Source of the DNA: Thermoplasmata archaeon
GTDB taxonomy: Archaea; Thermoplasmatota; Thermoplasmata; Thermoplasmatales; GCA-001856825
DNA length: 64,000 nucleotides
Direction: 5' to 3'
Assembly (NCBI GenBank): GCA_021797915.1
Contig: JAJZYT010000005.1
Span: 10,043-74,042 of the forward strand
The notes below the pieces were generated by a model. It was not told the origin of the DNA. It searched no databases and saw nothing but the letters and a program-made list of their open reading frames with translations. The position numbers and the translations under genes are program-made. Below are positions 35,937 through 46,621 of the stretch, piece after piece (the first letter of the stretch is position 1; every line of letters begins with the position of its first letter).

Positions 35937-38591
35937 ATGAGTTCGAAGATTACCATTGAAGGCAAAGACTACAACTTTTTTCCATTAAAAGAGCTGGAAT
36001 CCAAGGGATATAAAGTAGAAAACTTGCCCTATTCAACCAAAATTCTTCTCGAGAATCTATTGAGGAAAATGGACGGAAAAGTGGTGAAGGAGGAGCACCT
36101 GATCAAGGTCCTAGAAAGAAAGAGAGAGGAAATACCCTTCTTTCCTTCGAGGGTGATACTTCAGGACTACACTGGAGTACCTCTGATAGTTGATCTTATA
36201 GCTATGAGGAGTGCTGCCCTTAAAATGGGTAAAGACCCGCAGAAAATCAATCCGGTAATCCCGGTTCAGTTAGTAGCGGACCATTCGGTACAAGTTGACA
36301 AGTTCGGAACCAATTATGCAATTTTTCAAAACAGGTCTCTGGAATACAGCAGAAATAGTGAGAGATATGCGGCCCTGAAGTGGGCGCAGAATAACTTCAG
36401 GAACCTCAAGATCGTTCCTCCAGGTAATGGAATAGTGCATCAGGTAAATTTAGAATTCCTTTCAGAAGTGGTTGCGAACCGTGACGGTACGCTTCTTCCA
36501 GACACTGTTATAGGGACGGATTCGCACACAACCATGGTTAATGGGATCTCTGTCCTGGGATGGGGAGTGGGCGGACTCGAAGCAGAGGCCGTCATGGTTG
36601 GTGAACCTTCCTACATTATAGTACCGGAAGTCGTAGGAGTAAAACTCAGAGGACAACCAAAAGAAGGGGTTACGGCGACCGATATAGTCCTGTCGATAAC
36701 AGAGTTCTTGAGAAAGGCCAATGTAGTTGGGAAGTTCGTGGAATATTATGGAGACGGAATTAAGTACCTCAGCACACAGGACAAGACTACAATTTCAAAC
36801 ATGTCACCCGAATACGGCGCCACAGTCGGCTACTTCCCTTACTCCAGGAACACTTCGAAATATCTTTCGCTGACAGGAAGAAGTGCAGAACACATCAAGA
36901 TCGTAGAAACGTACTTGAAGGAACAGGGTCTATTTTATGATGGAAAGAAGAAGCAATATGACCAGTTTTTAGAATTCGATCTTTCCACTGTTGTTCCTAC
37001 AATAGCAGGACCTTCTAATCCAGAAGACAAAATATCTCTGTCCGATGTGCAATCTATAAAGAAAATAGTAGAAGATAGTCTCTCCAAGAATTTGAATTTG
37101 ACACAACAAAGATCATTCGCTTTAAAGATAGGTGGAGAAGATACTCATTTGAAAGATGGGAGCGTTGTAATCGCTGCTATAACTAGCTGCACAAACACCT
37201 CTAATCCCGATGTTCTGATTGGTGCTGGTCTGATTGCAAAGAAAGCGGTTGAGTTGGGTTTGACGAGGAAACCGTACGTCAAGACTAGTTTCGCTCCAGG
37301 CAGTCCGGTCGTTGAAGAGTACCTCAAGAAAGCAAACCTTCAACCATATCTGGATGGCCTTGGATTCCACATAGTCGGATATGGCTGTACGACTTGCATA
37401 GGAAATTCCGGCCCGCTTATAACAGAGGTGGAGGAAGCGATCAAGAATGACAAGATCTACACAGCGGCTGTGCTCAGCGGAAATAGAAACTTTGAAGGTA
37501 GAATAAATCCCATGGTTCAGGGATCTTTCTTGGCATCACCAATGCTCGTGGTTGCTTATTCCTTAGCCGGGAGGATAGACATCGATTTCGTGAAGGAGCC
37601 CATATCTATGGACCCCAACGGAAACCCCGTATTCCTGAAGGATCTATGGCCAGAAAAGAAACTAATCAAAGATTACGAGGATAAGTTCCTGAGTAAGAGA
37701 CATTATACGGAGAGGAAGGAGAAGATCTTTGAGGGTGTGGAAGAGTGGAAGAATTTGGAAATCCCTGCGGGAACTCTGTACTCGTTCCAGCCAAAATCTA
37801 CATACGTTAGAGAGCCTCCTTGGTTTGAAGTATCATCCACCCTTATCCCGATTGAAAACGCGAGGATACTGGCAATATTCGGTGACAGAGTGACCACCGA
37901 TCACATCTCTCCCGCAGGGAGCATTGTGCAAGATATGCAGAAGTACAGAAGGATATGGGAGGAGCTAAAGAGTGGGGATAGTACATCGATGAGCCAGGTA
38001 GAATCTCCGGCTGCCAAGTATCTAATGGAAAATGGAGTAGAACCAAAAGACTTCAACTCATTCGGTGCGAGAAGGGGAAACCACGAAGTCATGATGAGAG
38101 GGGGATTCTCGAACCCGAAAATCAAGAACAAGATGATAGATACCGCAGGGGGATTCACTGCCCACTACCCGGGAGGAGAGAAGATGTCTTTCTTCGATGC
38201 TGCGGAACTGTACAAAAAGGAGAACACTCCTTTGGTCATTTTTGCGGGTAAGATGTACGGGGCGGGCAGCAGCAGAGATTGGGCAGCAAAGGCGACCTAC
38301 CTCCTGAATGTGAAGGCCGTGATAGCCGAGAGTTTCGAGAGAATCCATCGTTCTAATCTCACGAACATGGGAGTGATCCCGATTGAAGCCGACATTTCTC
38401 AGCTTTTCCTCAAAGGAGACGAACTGGTTTCTATTGAACTCAGGGACGTTAAGGAGGGCCAGAGTGTGAGTATACGGATAAAAGGAGAGGTGGAAAAGAC
38501 TATTACTGGGAAGGTGCGGCTAGATACTGAGGCAGAAATAGAATATTGCAAGAGCGGGAATATCCTGAACTACACTCTCTCAAAGATGTGA
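35937..38591 (+). CDS. acnA: Aconitate hydratase
   Basis: 884 aa with the Fe-S ligand regions ..IGTDSHTTM.. and ..ITSCTNTSNP.. / ..GCTTCIGNSG.. Confidence 0.92.
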   Translation: MSSKITIEGKDYNFFPLKELESKGYKVENLPYSTKILLENLLRKMDGKVVKEEHLIKVLERKREEIPFFPSRVILQDYTGVPLIVDLIAMRSAALKMGKDPQKINPVIPVQLVADHSVQVDKFGTNYAIFQNRSLEYSRNSERYAALKWAQNNFRNLKIVPPGNGIVHQVNLEFLSEVVANRDGTLLPDTVIGTDSHTTMVNGISVLGWGVGGLEAEAVMVGEPSYIIVPEVVGVKLRGQPKEGVTATDIVLSITEFLRKANVVGKFVEYYGDGIKYLSTQDKTTISNMSPEYGATVGYFPYSRNTSKYLSLTGRSAEHIKIVETYLKEQGLFYDGKKKQYDQFLEFDLSTVVPTIAGPSNPEDKISLSDVQSIKKIVEDSLSKNLNLTQQRSFALKIGGEDTHLKDGSVVIAAITSCTNTSNPDVLIGAGLIAKKAVELGLTRKPYVKTSFAPGSPVVEEYLKKANLQPYLDGLGFHIVGYGCTTCIGNSGPLITEVEEAIKNDKIYTAAVLSGNRNFEGRINPMVQGSFLASPMLVVAYSLAGRIDIDFVKEPISMDPNGNPVFLKDLWPEKKLIKDYEDKFLSKRHYTERKEKIFEGVEEWKNLEIPAGTLYSFQPKSTYVREPPWFEVSSTLIPIENARILAIFGDRVTTDHISPAGSIVQDMQKYRRIWEELKSGDSTSMSQVESPAAKYLMENGVEPKDFNSFGARRGNHEVMMRGGFSNPKIKNKMIDTAGGFTAHYPGGEKMSFFDAAELYKKENTPLVIFAGKMYGAGSSRDWAAKATYLLNVKAVIAESFERIHRSNLTNMGVIPIEADISQLFLKGDELVSIELRDVKEGQSVSIRIKGEVEKTITGKVRLDTEAEIEYCKSGNILNYTLSKM

Positions 38592-38645
38592 TGGAAACGG
38601 GTCAAAATGGATGTTTCAAAAGGTTTATTTGAGAACTAACTATCG

Positions 38646-39185
38646 ATGGTTCGGGTCGATCTAACTTTGCCTACAATTCCAATAACATCATTTTCACCAC
38701 AAACATTCACAGCCGGGTACTATTTTGAAATATTCATAGGCATAATGGTCATAGTGGGAATAGTCCGAGGTCTTGTTGGAAGAAGGTACAGTGCAGGTAG
38801 GGTGCTGAGAACCCCAGCCGTCTATATCCTGTTCACCGCTTTCGCTATATACTTCACCAAACAGCCGAACATTTATGCAGAGGCGGTGATCGTCCTCATA
38901 CCCGTTGGAATACCCTTCGGAATCAAATTCGGGAAGGATGTAAAGATCTTTAAGAAAGAAAACGTGTTCTACTACAGGAGATCCCCTTATATATTGATTA
39001 TTTGGGCACTGGCACTGATAGCAAGGGTATATCTGGAATTGTCCTCTTTCAACTCTATTTACGCAATAATGGTAATTAATTCACTTCTCTCATTAATCAC
39101 TGGATTGTTGCTCGGCGAGGCTATTAACATTCTCAGAACCCATAGAAGGACTACTAAGGAAATGAAAAACAACACTTCGAACTAG
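38646..39185 (+). CDS. Four-TM membrane protein of unknown function
   Basis: 179 aa with hydrophobic spans and a basic C-terminal tail. Confidence 0.5.
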   Translation: MVRVDLTLPTIPITSFSPQTFTAGYYFEIFIGIMVIVGIVRGLVGRRYSAGRVLRTPAVYILFTAFAIYFTKQPNIYAEAVIVLIPVGIPFGIKFGKDVKIFKKENVFYYRRSPYILIIWALALIARVYLELSSFNSIYAIMVINSLLSLITGLLLGEAINILRTHRRTTKEMKNNTSN

Positions 39186-39238
39186 GACATCAACAGGACT
39201 ACTCTTAGTCTGTTTTCTTTTACGATCCTTCAATCATT

Positions 39239-40036
39239 TTAGTCCAGCCTGTAAAATTCCCTATAGAAATTCATCGACACTTCTATACTGTCATGGTCAA
39301 CTCCCTCTTGGATGAGCATGTTAACCCTTTTAGGAACTGAGTCAGCGGGCAAAACAAAGTTTGGATTGTTTTCATCTCCTGCGAAATCCGTTTCAAGGAA
39401 AAATCGGGTCTTCCCCCAAGGGGCGGCTCGCGCATTACTCCGTCCCGCAGGAACCGAAGGTACTATCTCGCAGTTTTCAGAGAAAATTGGTAAACTGAAG
39501 TGTTTCACAACGAGTGAATTTTTTCCGTTCCTTCTTGCCTTTTTCATCAATTCGCACATTCCACTTGAATCCAATGACTCGGTATGCAAAATTAAGGGTA
39601 TGTCCTTGTCTGCAGTCATCTGGAATATGTAATCCATTATGCTGTTGCTTTCTTCCATGTTTTCCGCTGACGTCTCGAAATGGGGTCTTCCTACCTCACC
39701 GATTGCGTTGGCAGAACCTTCCTCGACGAGTTTGATGGCCAAATCCAACGCTTTCCTATAAATATCCACGGTCTTTTCAATGCCTATTTTTTCTTTCATT
39801 TCTATGTAATTTACCGGGTAAGGGCCGATACTGACCACAACTTCTAATCCCTTATCCCTCAATCTCTTTCCAAGTGAAATTGTCTCGTCGTACTTTTTTG
39901 AAAATTCATCGAGTGAAAAACAACTCTCAGTTAGGTTTACTAAGTTGATTGAAGTTCCTCCTTCCTTTGTGAATGTTTTCACAAAGAAATCTAGTGACGA
40001 ACTTGTCAAGTGGACGTGATTATCGAAAATCCTCAC
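39239..40036 (-). CDS. TatD-family metal-dependent hydrolase
   Basis: MRIFDNHVHL N-terminus. 265 aa. Confidence 0.75.
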   Translation of the reverse strand: MRIFDNHVHLTSSSLDFFVKTFTKEGGTSINLVNLTESCFSLDEFSKKYDETISLGKRLRDKGLEVVVSIGPYPVNYIEMKEKIGIEKTVDIYRKALDLAIKLVEEGSANAIGEVGRPHFETSAENMEESNSIMDYIFQMTADKDIPLILHTESLDSSGMCELMKKARRNGKNSLVVKHFSLPIFSENCEIVPSVPAGRSNARAAPWGKTRFFLETDFAGDENNPNFVLPADSVPKRVNMLIQEGVDHDSIEVSMNFYREFYRLD

Positions 40037-40316
40037 ATGAGTTTATGAAATGACCGTTTAAAACTATATCTTGCCAAATAGAAGCTCTAAGGGAATTGCT
40101 TTTTATTCTCTTTACAAACCCATTGAAGAGTTGTTTCCTTCAATTATTTGAATAATTCACAGCCATCTTCTCCAGGACAAGATACTCGTGCAAAAGGTTT
40201 GATTTTCTTTACAGGATGCGAAACGATCACTAGGTGACAGTTGTGATTCCGAAGAGACAAGTAAGGGGACTGAGTACAGCACCAAGTTTGAAATAATCTT
40301 TTGACATCTGGGATAA

Positions 40317-43300
40317 ATGTTAGAGGGACAGTTTGGTTCTCTCGGAAATTTCATAAAGAAGAGGTACAAGATCATAATCATCGTTTGGCTCGTAGCCCTA
40401 TTGGTGCTCCTCCCTTTTGCTGCTGAGTCCACTAGTCTGGTTAATTACAACATAGAGAATGTTGAGTTTGCAGGGAGTAACCAAACAATGTCGGCCGAAG
40501 CCAAGACTCTTCTTAATAACCAGTTCAATAGTTCGAATTCTTCTTCTAACGGAACTGCAGTCGTACTCTACATTGCCTCTCCGCTTGAAAATGTGACCTC
40601 TTACAAACTGTGGGAAAGGTTAAACTCGACTTACAAGAGTGATCTCAACAGTTTGGCTCCTTCAGGAATAATATCTCCTTATGATATAGGGAACGGTGTT
40701 GTAAATTCCATATCAAATTCAACGTATACCGTTTATACTGATGTTTCGAAAGCGGCCAATGGTTCAATTTCGGGATACAATACTTTCAACAGTTCCGTAA
40801 ATAGCGTTGAAAATTTCACTATTGAACTGATATCCATTGACTCTTACTTTAACTCGACTCACTACAACATTTCACTCGCGGTGCAGAGTTATTCGACACT
40901 GTTCAAGTCTTACGAGGACACGATCAATAACACATCCCAGCTGTTGTATGGGATACCACTAGCATATTACACGATATACAACAACAAATCGTTGGCTGCG
41001 TATCCGACCCCCCAAAGGGACTACTTTGCTTCAGAAACACTGTTGAATGAAACTAAGAATTTTGGTAACAGTTCATTGTCAGTTGGATATTACCAAGCCT
41101 TCTATAATACCTGGAACAATACTTCGAACCCGTATTACAATGGATCAGATTATAGCAGGCTCAATTTTTCTATTCAACAGGCTTATACCGTGCTCAATAA
41201 TTCTCTAAACCAAACAGAAAGTGAAATTTTCTACCCAATTCATTCTTCATTCAACATCACTTCATATTCTAACAATGCAACGAGAGAAAATATCACACTA
41301 AACCTCGTTTATTCCCTCACTTCCAGTTATGGGGCAGGAGATGTGTATATCTTTGAGGCTACATACAATAACTTCAGGTCGAGAGGGAATGAAACGCTCC
41401 TTTCTCAGAATCTGACAGGCCAAATTCTTAACTCCAGCGATCCTCAGATAGCTATATTCACTAATCAAACGTTCAACATGTCTCCGGTACAATTCGCCGG
41501 ATATTTTAATGCGGTCAATTCTTTGAACAATTCATTTTTCGAAATGCAGCTAAACCAATCTCTCCTATCGGCTTCATTGAAGCAACTTTATCAGTCTGTC
41601 GATATTCCAAGTAATGTATTCTATTCGAGTTTGATTGAAAACAAACTGGCAACGTACACGCCTTATTTCATTAATTACACTGCATCTGAATTGAACGCTC
41701 TCTCATCTTCTCTCGGAGTGAGTTCTCAAACTGTCGTTTCTGATTTTCTTGCAGAAGGGTCCAAAAATTCATCACTAAACCTCACGGAACAGTTCCTAAA
41801 GAACCAATTCGAGGGGTACCCATATTTCACTTTCAACAACCCGGCCAAATTTGTTTCAGAATCCGTCTCAACTGGTGGAACCCTGGCGGACTCTCTGAGT
41901 GGTAACTACACAAAGGCTGGAATTTCATTATCAGCACCCCTGTTCCATTCCTTGGTTCCAAACAATTTCTCTGGATACATGGTCGTTCTCGAATTCAATC
42001 AATCTAATTTGAACAATTCTCAACTTAATACCCTCACCAATTACCTTTCAGGAATTCAACAAGAGTTCGATCCGGTGAAGATTTACTCGACTAGCAGTGC
42101 TCAAATTTCAAGCGGCATAGAGAGCACCGCATATTCTGGATTGATATTTTCCCTTGTGGCAGGGATCATTGCTTCGGTGATTATTGTTGGTATCTACTTC
42201 AGATCTCCTCTACTTGCGTTTGTACCCTTGATGTTCTTCGGGGTCAGCATGATCATCATCCTGGGTCTATCATATCTCATATTTGGCATCCTGCTCAAGA
42301 CACCACTCTCCTTCATTGTTACAACTCTGAGTGCGATGTTGATTCTGGGACTGAGTACCGATTACTCTGTCTATATGTTGAACAGGTATTCAAAGGAGAA
42401 ATCGGACGATAAACTCGGAACTACAGTGAAGTGGGCTGGACATGCCGTCTTCACTTCAGGTCTTACCGTCATCTTGTCCTACATCGTCCTCGGAATATTC
42501 AAGGTTCCAATCATAGGTTCTGGTGGTTTTGTGAACGCCCTTGGTATAACGGTCTCACTTGCTGTCGCGCTTACTTTACTTCCCGCTTTTATGATCGTGT
42601 TCAAGAAGCGGATAAAACCCAGAAAGATTATTGTCAATTTTGAGAAGGTCGCAAGAGTTAGTAGAAAACACAAGAAGGTTCTCGTCGCAGTTCTCATAGT
42701 CATTTTCATTTCGACTCTGGTCGTATACGAAGCTACTCCCACGTCATTCTCGCTGTTCTCCTTAATCCCCAACAATACGGGCAAAACAGGCTACTATGAA
42801 ATGACTTCTGCCTTTGGAGGGGATACTCTTTCCCCCAGCTATGCACTGTTAACATTCCCAAGTCAGATATATCTCAACGGCCATTTCAACGAGACTGACA
42901 TAGGAATCTTGAACAACGTTACGACTGCACTTTTGAAAGATTCAGGTATTTCTGATCTTACAACACTCACATACCCCTTCGGCACTTTCGTTAACGTTTC
43001 AAATATTGTGGGCAGCACACTGTCAAAGAATACTATCCTGAACCAGTCACTGACATTCGTAGGAAAGGACGGTAAAACAGTCCTTCTTAATTTCACTACT
43101 AAATCAGTCTCCTACATTTCTAGCGGGATAGACTCTATTGCGAGAGTCGATGCGGTTATGAAACAGGTTGTTCCAGCCGGTGTCAGTTACAAGGTTGGGG
43201 GGACTGCCCAATCTCTTCTTGACAGTTCAAATGCTATAAACATTTCAACATACGAAATAGTTCTCATTCTCTCTGTCATGATTTTTGCCGTTCTTGCATT

Positions 43301-43772
43301 CCAGCTTTCATCTATATTCACCCCGCTTCGCCTTCTGTTCAACGTCGGGACTTCCGCTCTGCTAGCAGTTTCGCTCTTCTACCTGGTATACCACTACCTG
43401 TTAAAGTTGCCGCTCATAGTTTTCGGACCTCTGTTTGTCATTGTGACGCTGTTCGGAGTCGGGCTTGATTACGATATTTTCCTTGTCACCAAAGCAAGGG
43501 AAGCGGTAATTAGTGGCAAGAGCGATGAGGCAGCCATTTCAGAAGCGATAGATGAAAATGGAAGCGTAGTTCTGGTACTGGGATTCATTCTTGCAGGGGT
43601 ATTCGGATCTCTCATATTCAGCTCCATCGGAATAATTAGTGAAATTGGCTTCGCTGTGACTGCGGGGGTTCTTATAGACACTCTGATTTCTTGGTTGTTC
43701 CTGATACCTGCGCTAATGCTGGTCCTTAAGAAGTACAACTGGTGGCCATCTCACATTAGACCGGATCATTAG
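40317..43772 (+). CDS. MMPL/RND-superfamily transporter with a hugely expanded, sequon-rich first extracytoplasmic loop
   Basis: RND topology: TM1, a ~570 aa loop, TM2-6, TM7, a ~210 aa loop, then TM8-12. MMPL-like segments include ..STDYSVYMLNRY.. and ..GVGLDYDIFLVTKARE.. Confidence 0.8.
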   Translation: MLEGQFGSLGNFIKKRYKIIIIVWLVALLVLLPFAAESTSLVNYNIENVEFAGSNQTMSAEAKTLLNNQFNSSNSSSNGTAVVLYIASPLENVTSYKLWERLNSTYKSDLNSLAPSGIISPYDIGNGVVNSISNSTYTVYTDVSKAANGSISGYNTFNSSVNSVENFTIELISIDSYFNSTHYNISLAVQSYSTLFKSYEDTINNTSQLLYGIPLAYYTIYNNKSLAAYPTPQRDYFASETLLNETKNFGNSSLSVGYYQAFYNTWNNTSNPYYNGSDYSRLNFSIQQAYTVLNNSLNQTESEIFYPIHSSFNITSYSNNATRENITLNLVYSLTSSYGAGDVYIFEATYNNFRSRGNETLLSQNLTGQILNSSDPQIAIFTNQTFNMSPVQFAGYFNAVNSLNNSFFEMQLNQSLLSASLKQLYQSVDIPSNVFYSSLIENKLATYTPYFINYTASELNALSSSLGVSSQTVVSDFLAEGSKNSSLNLTEQFLKNQFEGYPYFTFNNPAKFVSESVSTGGTLADSLSGNYTKAGISLSAPLFHSLVPNNFSGYMVVLEFNQSNLNNSQLNTLTNYLSGIQQEFDPVKIYSTSSAQISSGIESTAYSGLIFSLVAGIIASVIIVGIYFRSPLLAFVPLMFFGVSMIIILGLSYLIFGILLKTPLSFIVTTLSAMLILGLSTDYSVYMLNRYSKEKSDDKLGTTVKWAGHAVFTSGLTVILSYIVLGIFKVPIIGSGGFVNALGITVSLAVALTLLPAFMIVFKKRIKPRKIIVNFEKVARVSRKHKKVLVAVLIVIFISTLVVYEATPTSFSLFSLIPNNTGKTGYYEMTSAFGGDTLSPSYALLTFPSQIYLNGHFNETDIGILNNVTTALLKDSGISDLTTLTYPFGTFVNVSNIVGSTLSKNTILNQSLTFVGKDGKTVLLNFTTKSVSYISSGIDSIARVDAVMKQVVPAGVSYKVGGTAQSLLDSSNAINISTYEIVLILSVMIFAVLAFQLSSIFTPLRLLFNVGTSALLAVSLFYLVYHYLLKLPLIVFGPLFVIVTLFGVGLDYDIFLVTKAREAVISGKSDEAAISEAIDENGSVVLVLGFILAGVFGSLIFSSIGIISEIGFAVTAGVLIDTLISWLFLIPALMLVLKKYNWWPSHIRPDH

Positions 43773-44043
43773 CCTCCTGATTTGAAAAAGCTTGACAATT
43801 CAAAAAGCAGTAATTTTACTTAAAACTGATGCACTCACTTTAGTCCAAACAAGATTCTAAGGTGGATTAGTCTTACTGAAATCTTTTTAATTAACCCCTT
43901 TATGATTACTTCCTAAAAGCTAGAATCTAGAAATTCGCTAGAGTAGTACAAGAAATTAAAGTGCATCAAAATAATTGAATGACGAGAAGAATTTCAAGGG
44001 TAAATAGCCAAAAGTTTTTTAGCCAAAGTAACATAATTCCTGC

Positions 44044-44379
44044 ATGAGTTCTATAGAAATATTAAAAAATTTAGTGAAATCGCTTGATGCACTCCCTGAT
44101 TTAAAGAAGGAGATCGTATCTATAAACAAAACATTTCAATTCAACGTCTCAGATGGTGCCCCGTTCTGCGTTCACGCAGGGGATGGAGAGGTTAGTGTCA
44201 CTGAAGGTTCAAAACAACCAGCCTCCGCAACAATCACCGCATCCGAGCAGGTACTCACTGACCTGTTTGATGGCAAACTAGACGGAGTACAGGCCTTCAT
44301 GCAGGGCAAACTCAAGATAAGTGGAGATATTTTCTCGGTGCAAAAGTTGTCATCGAGCATTCTCAAAGCAAGGAAGTGA
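44044..44379 (+). CDS. SCP2 (sterol carrier protein 2-like) lipid-binding domain protein
   Basis: ..LTDLFDGKLDGVQAFMQGKLKISGDIFSVQKL.. is typical of the SCP2 C-terminus. Confidence 0.75.
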   Translation: MSSIEILKNLVKSLDALPDLKKEIVSINKTFQFNVSDGAPFCVHAGDGEVSVTEGSKQPASATITASEQVLTDLFDGKLDGVQAFMQGKLKISGDIFSVQKLSSSILKARK

Positions 44380-44383
44380 GAAC

Positions 44384-46375
44384 TTGAGAGTGACTGTTAT
44401 TGGTTCGGGCGAAATGGGTAGAGGAATTGCACTCGTTTTTGCCCAATATGGAAATGAGGTGATACTTGAAGATTCCATTCCCGCAGCACTCGAACGAGGA
44501 TCCAAATATATTGGCGACAACCTAGCCAAAATGCTTGAAAAGGGAATCATCAAACCTGGAGAAAAGGAAAACATCCAGAGCAGGATAAAATATTCATCAA
44601 ATTTTGAAGACAGCGTAAAAGAAGCGGACATAGTTGTGGAAGCAGTACCGGAAATTGTGGAGTTGAAGCAGGAGATTTTTTCCAAACTTGATAAGACCTG
44701 TAAGAGGGACACTATCCTGGCAACCAACACGTCCAACATCAAGATCTCCGAGATATCGAAGAATGTAGCAAACAAGGAGAGAGTAGTGGGGATGCATTTC
44801 TTCAATCCAGCCAACAGAATGAAACTAGTAGAGATCATAAAGTCCGAATTCACAGGTAAAGAATACTTTGAACGAGCATTCGAAATTGGAAAACAAATCG
44901 GAAAAACACCCGTCAAAGTACTAAAGGACTCTCCCGGATTTATCGTTAACAGAATAAACGCTCCAGACATGCTCTTCTTCTGTAATGTGCTGGATAGGGG
45001 TGTAGAAAAACCAGAAGAACTTGACCTTTACGCAAGGGGGCAGGGACTTCCGATGGGACCCTACGAACTGATGGACTTTGTAGGCCTAGACACGGTTGCC
45101 CATATGCTTGATTATCTTGCAGTAGTGCTGTCAGACGAATACAACAAGTGCAACACGTTCAGGAACCTGGTAAAGGATGGCAAACTGGGAAGGAAGACTG
45201 GAATGGGTTTCTACGACTGGTCGACCGGGAAGGCTGCTATACCCAATGCTCAGCCTTCTGAAAAAGTTACAATAATGGACATTTTTGCGATAGAGATCAA
45301 TGAGGCAGTGAAACTAATAGAGGAACATGTTGCCCTGCCGGATGAAATAGAAACTGCTGTCAAACTGGGACTCAATAGACCATTCGGACCAATATCAGTT
45401 GCTAATAGTATGACAAACGCAGAGGTAAAGAAGAAGCTTGAAGGACTAAGCAGCTTCTACGGGCTCAAAGTGTTTGAACCTGCAGAATCTATAAAGAAGG
45501 GAAAATTGAAGGATATCATTTCAATCAAGACATTCGCGGAACCTGAGAAAGGAACATCCTCAAAGAAAGTTGAGACAACAAAGGGGACGGAAGAAAAGAA
45601 GTATTCAACTCTGATCGTCGAAAAGAGAGAGAATCACGTTACGAGGATACTGCTAAATCGCCCCAAACACAATCTCATAAATTCTGATCTCCTAACGGAT
45701 CTTGACAGTGCAATTAAGGAAATTTGGACAGACAACGAAACTCGAGTACTCGTGATTACAGGTAAAGGGGAGACCTTTTCAGCGGGTGCAGAACTTTCTC
45801 AGTTCATACCGGGTGCATTTGACTTCGTGGAATATTCCAGAAAGGGAGAAAGAATATTCAAGCAACTGCAAGAAATTCCAAAAGTGGTAATTGTGGAGAT
45901 CAAGGGGTATGCCCTAGGTGGTGGTTTCGAACTATCTCTCTCCGGAGATATAAGAGTCTCAACCCCGGACGCACAGGTTGGGCTACCAGAAGTCACTCTT
46001 GGGCTGATTCCTGCGTGGTCAGGTAGTCAGAGACTAGCCAAGCTCGTTGGAAATTCGAGGGCCATGTACTTAATACTGACCGGAAAGAGAATAACTGGTG
46101 AGGAAGCGAAAAACTTTGGAATAGTTTCTGAACTGTTCCCCAAGGAGTCGGTTGATGAAAGCACATTGAAATTGGCAGAAACCATCTCGATGGGTACCTC
46201 TCCAATTGCAGCGAGCCTTGCAAAAAGACTGGTAAACAGGGGTTCAGACGTGACCTATGATTCTGGTCTGGAGATGGAGTCAATGGCTGCTGGCATACTT
46301 TACGGAACCGAAGACATGAAAGAAGGAATCTCGGCCCTTCTGCAGAAGAGGAAGCCAAGCTATCAAGGAAAGTAG
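44384..46375 (+). CDS. Bifunctional 3-hydroxyacyl-CoA dehydrogenase (N-terminal) / enoyl-CoA hydratase (C-terminal)
   Basis: A TTG start 5 nt after the SCP2 stop, with a GGAAGTGA SD-like element. It has VTVIGSGEMGRGIA (a Rossmann fold) and a crotonase-fold C-terminal half (..GYALGGGFELSLSGD..). Confidence 0.88.
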   Translation: MRVTVIGSGEMGRGIALVFAQYGNEVILEDSIPAALERGSKYIGDNLAKMLEKGIIKPGEKENIQSRIKYSSNFEDSVKEADIVVEAVPEIVELKQEIFSKLDKTCKRDTILATNTSNIKISEISKNVANKERVVGMHFFNPANRMKLVEIIKSEFTGKEYFERAFEIGKQIGKTPVKVLKDSPGFIVNRINAPDMLFFCNVLDRGVEKPEELDLYARGQGLPMGPYELMDFVGLDTVAHMLDYLAVVLSDEYNKCNTFRNLVKDGKLGRKTGMGFYDWSTGKAAIPNAQPSEKVTIMDIFAIEINEAVKLIEEHVALPDEIETAVKLGLNRPFGPISVANSMTNAEVKKKLEGLSSFYGLKVFEPAESIKKGKLKDIISIKTFAEPEKGTSSKKVETTKGTEEKKYSTLIVEKRENHVTRILLNRPKHNLINSDLLTDLDSAIKEIWTDNETRVLVITGKGETFSAGAELSQFIPGAFDFVEYSRKGERIFKQLQEIPKVVIVEIKGYALGGGFELSLSGDIRVSTPDAQVGLPEVTLGLIPAWSGSQRLAKLVGNSRAMYLILTGKRITGEEAKNFGIVSELFPKESVDESTLKLAETISMGTSPIAASLAKRLVNRGSDVTYDSGLEMESMAAGILYGTEDMKEGISALLQKRKPSYQGK

Positions 46376-46621
46376 GAAATATCCAAACTGGAAACATCGA
46401 CAGACCCATTTTGCCTTACTGGTTGCTATGGAAATGGTAAGCTTGGAGTGCGATCTCCAAAATCCTTCGAAAGCAGAGACTAGATTCAAAAGAAGAAGAG
46501 GTCAGATATCTAATATTCTGGAAGAGTTTGGGAACAACCCATTCAATTTAGGACGTTCCAGGAATAGTGCCCCATGCCGCTTAAAAGGAAAGACAATTTA
46601 TATTCAGTTTGGATGTAGAAA

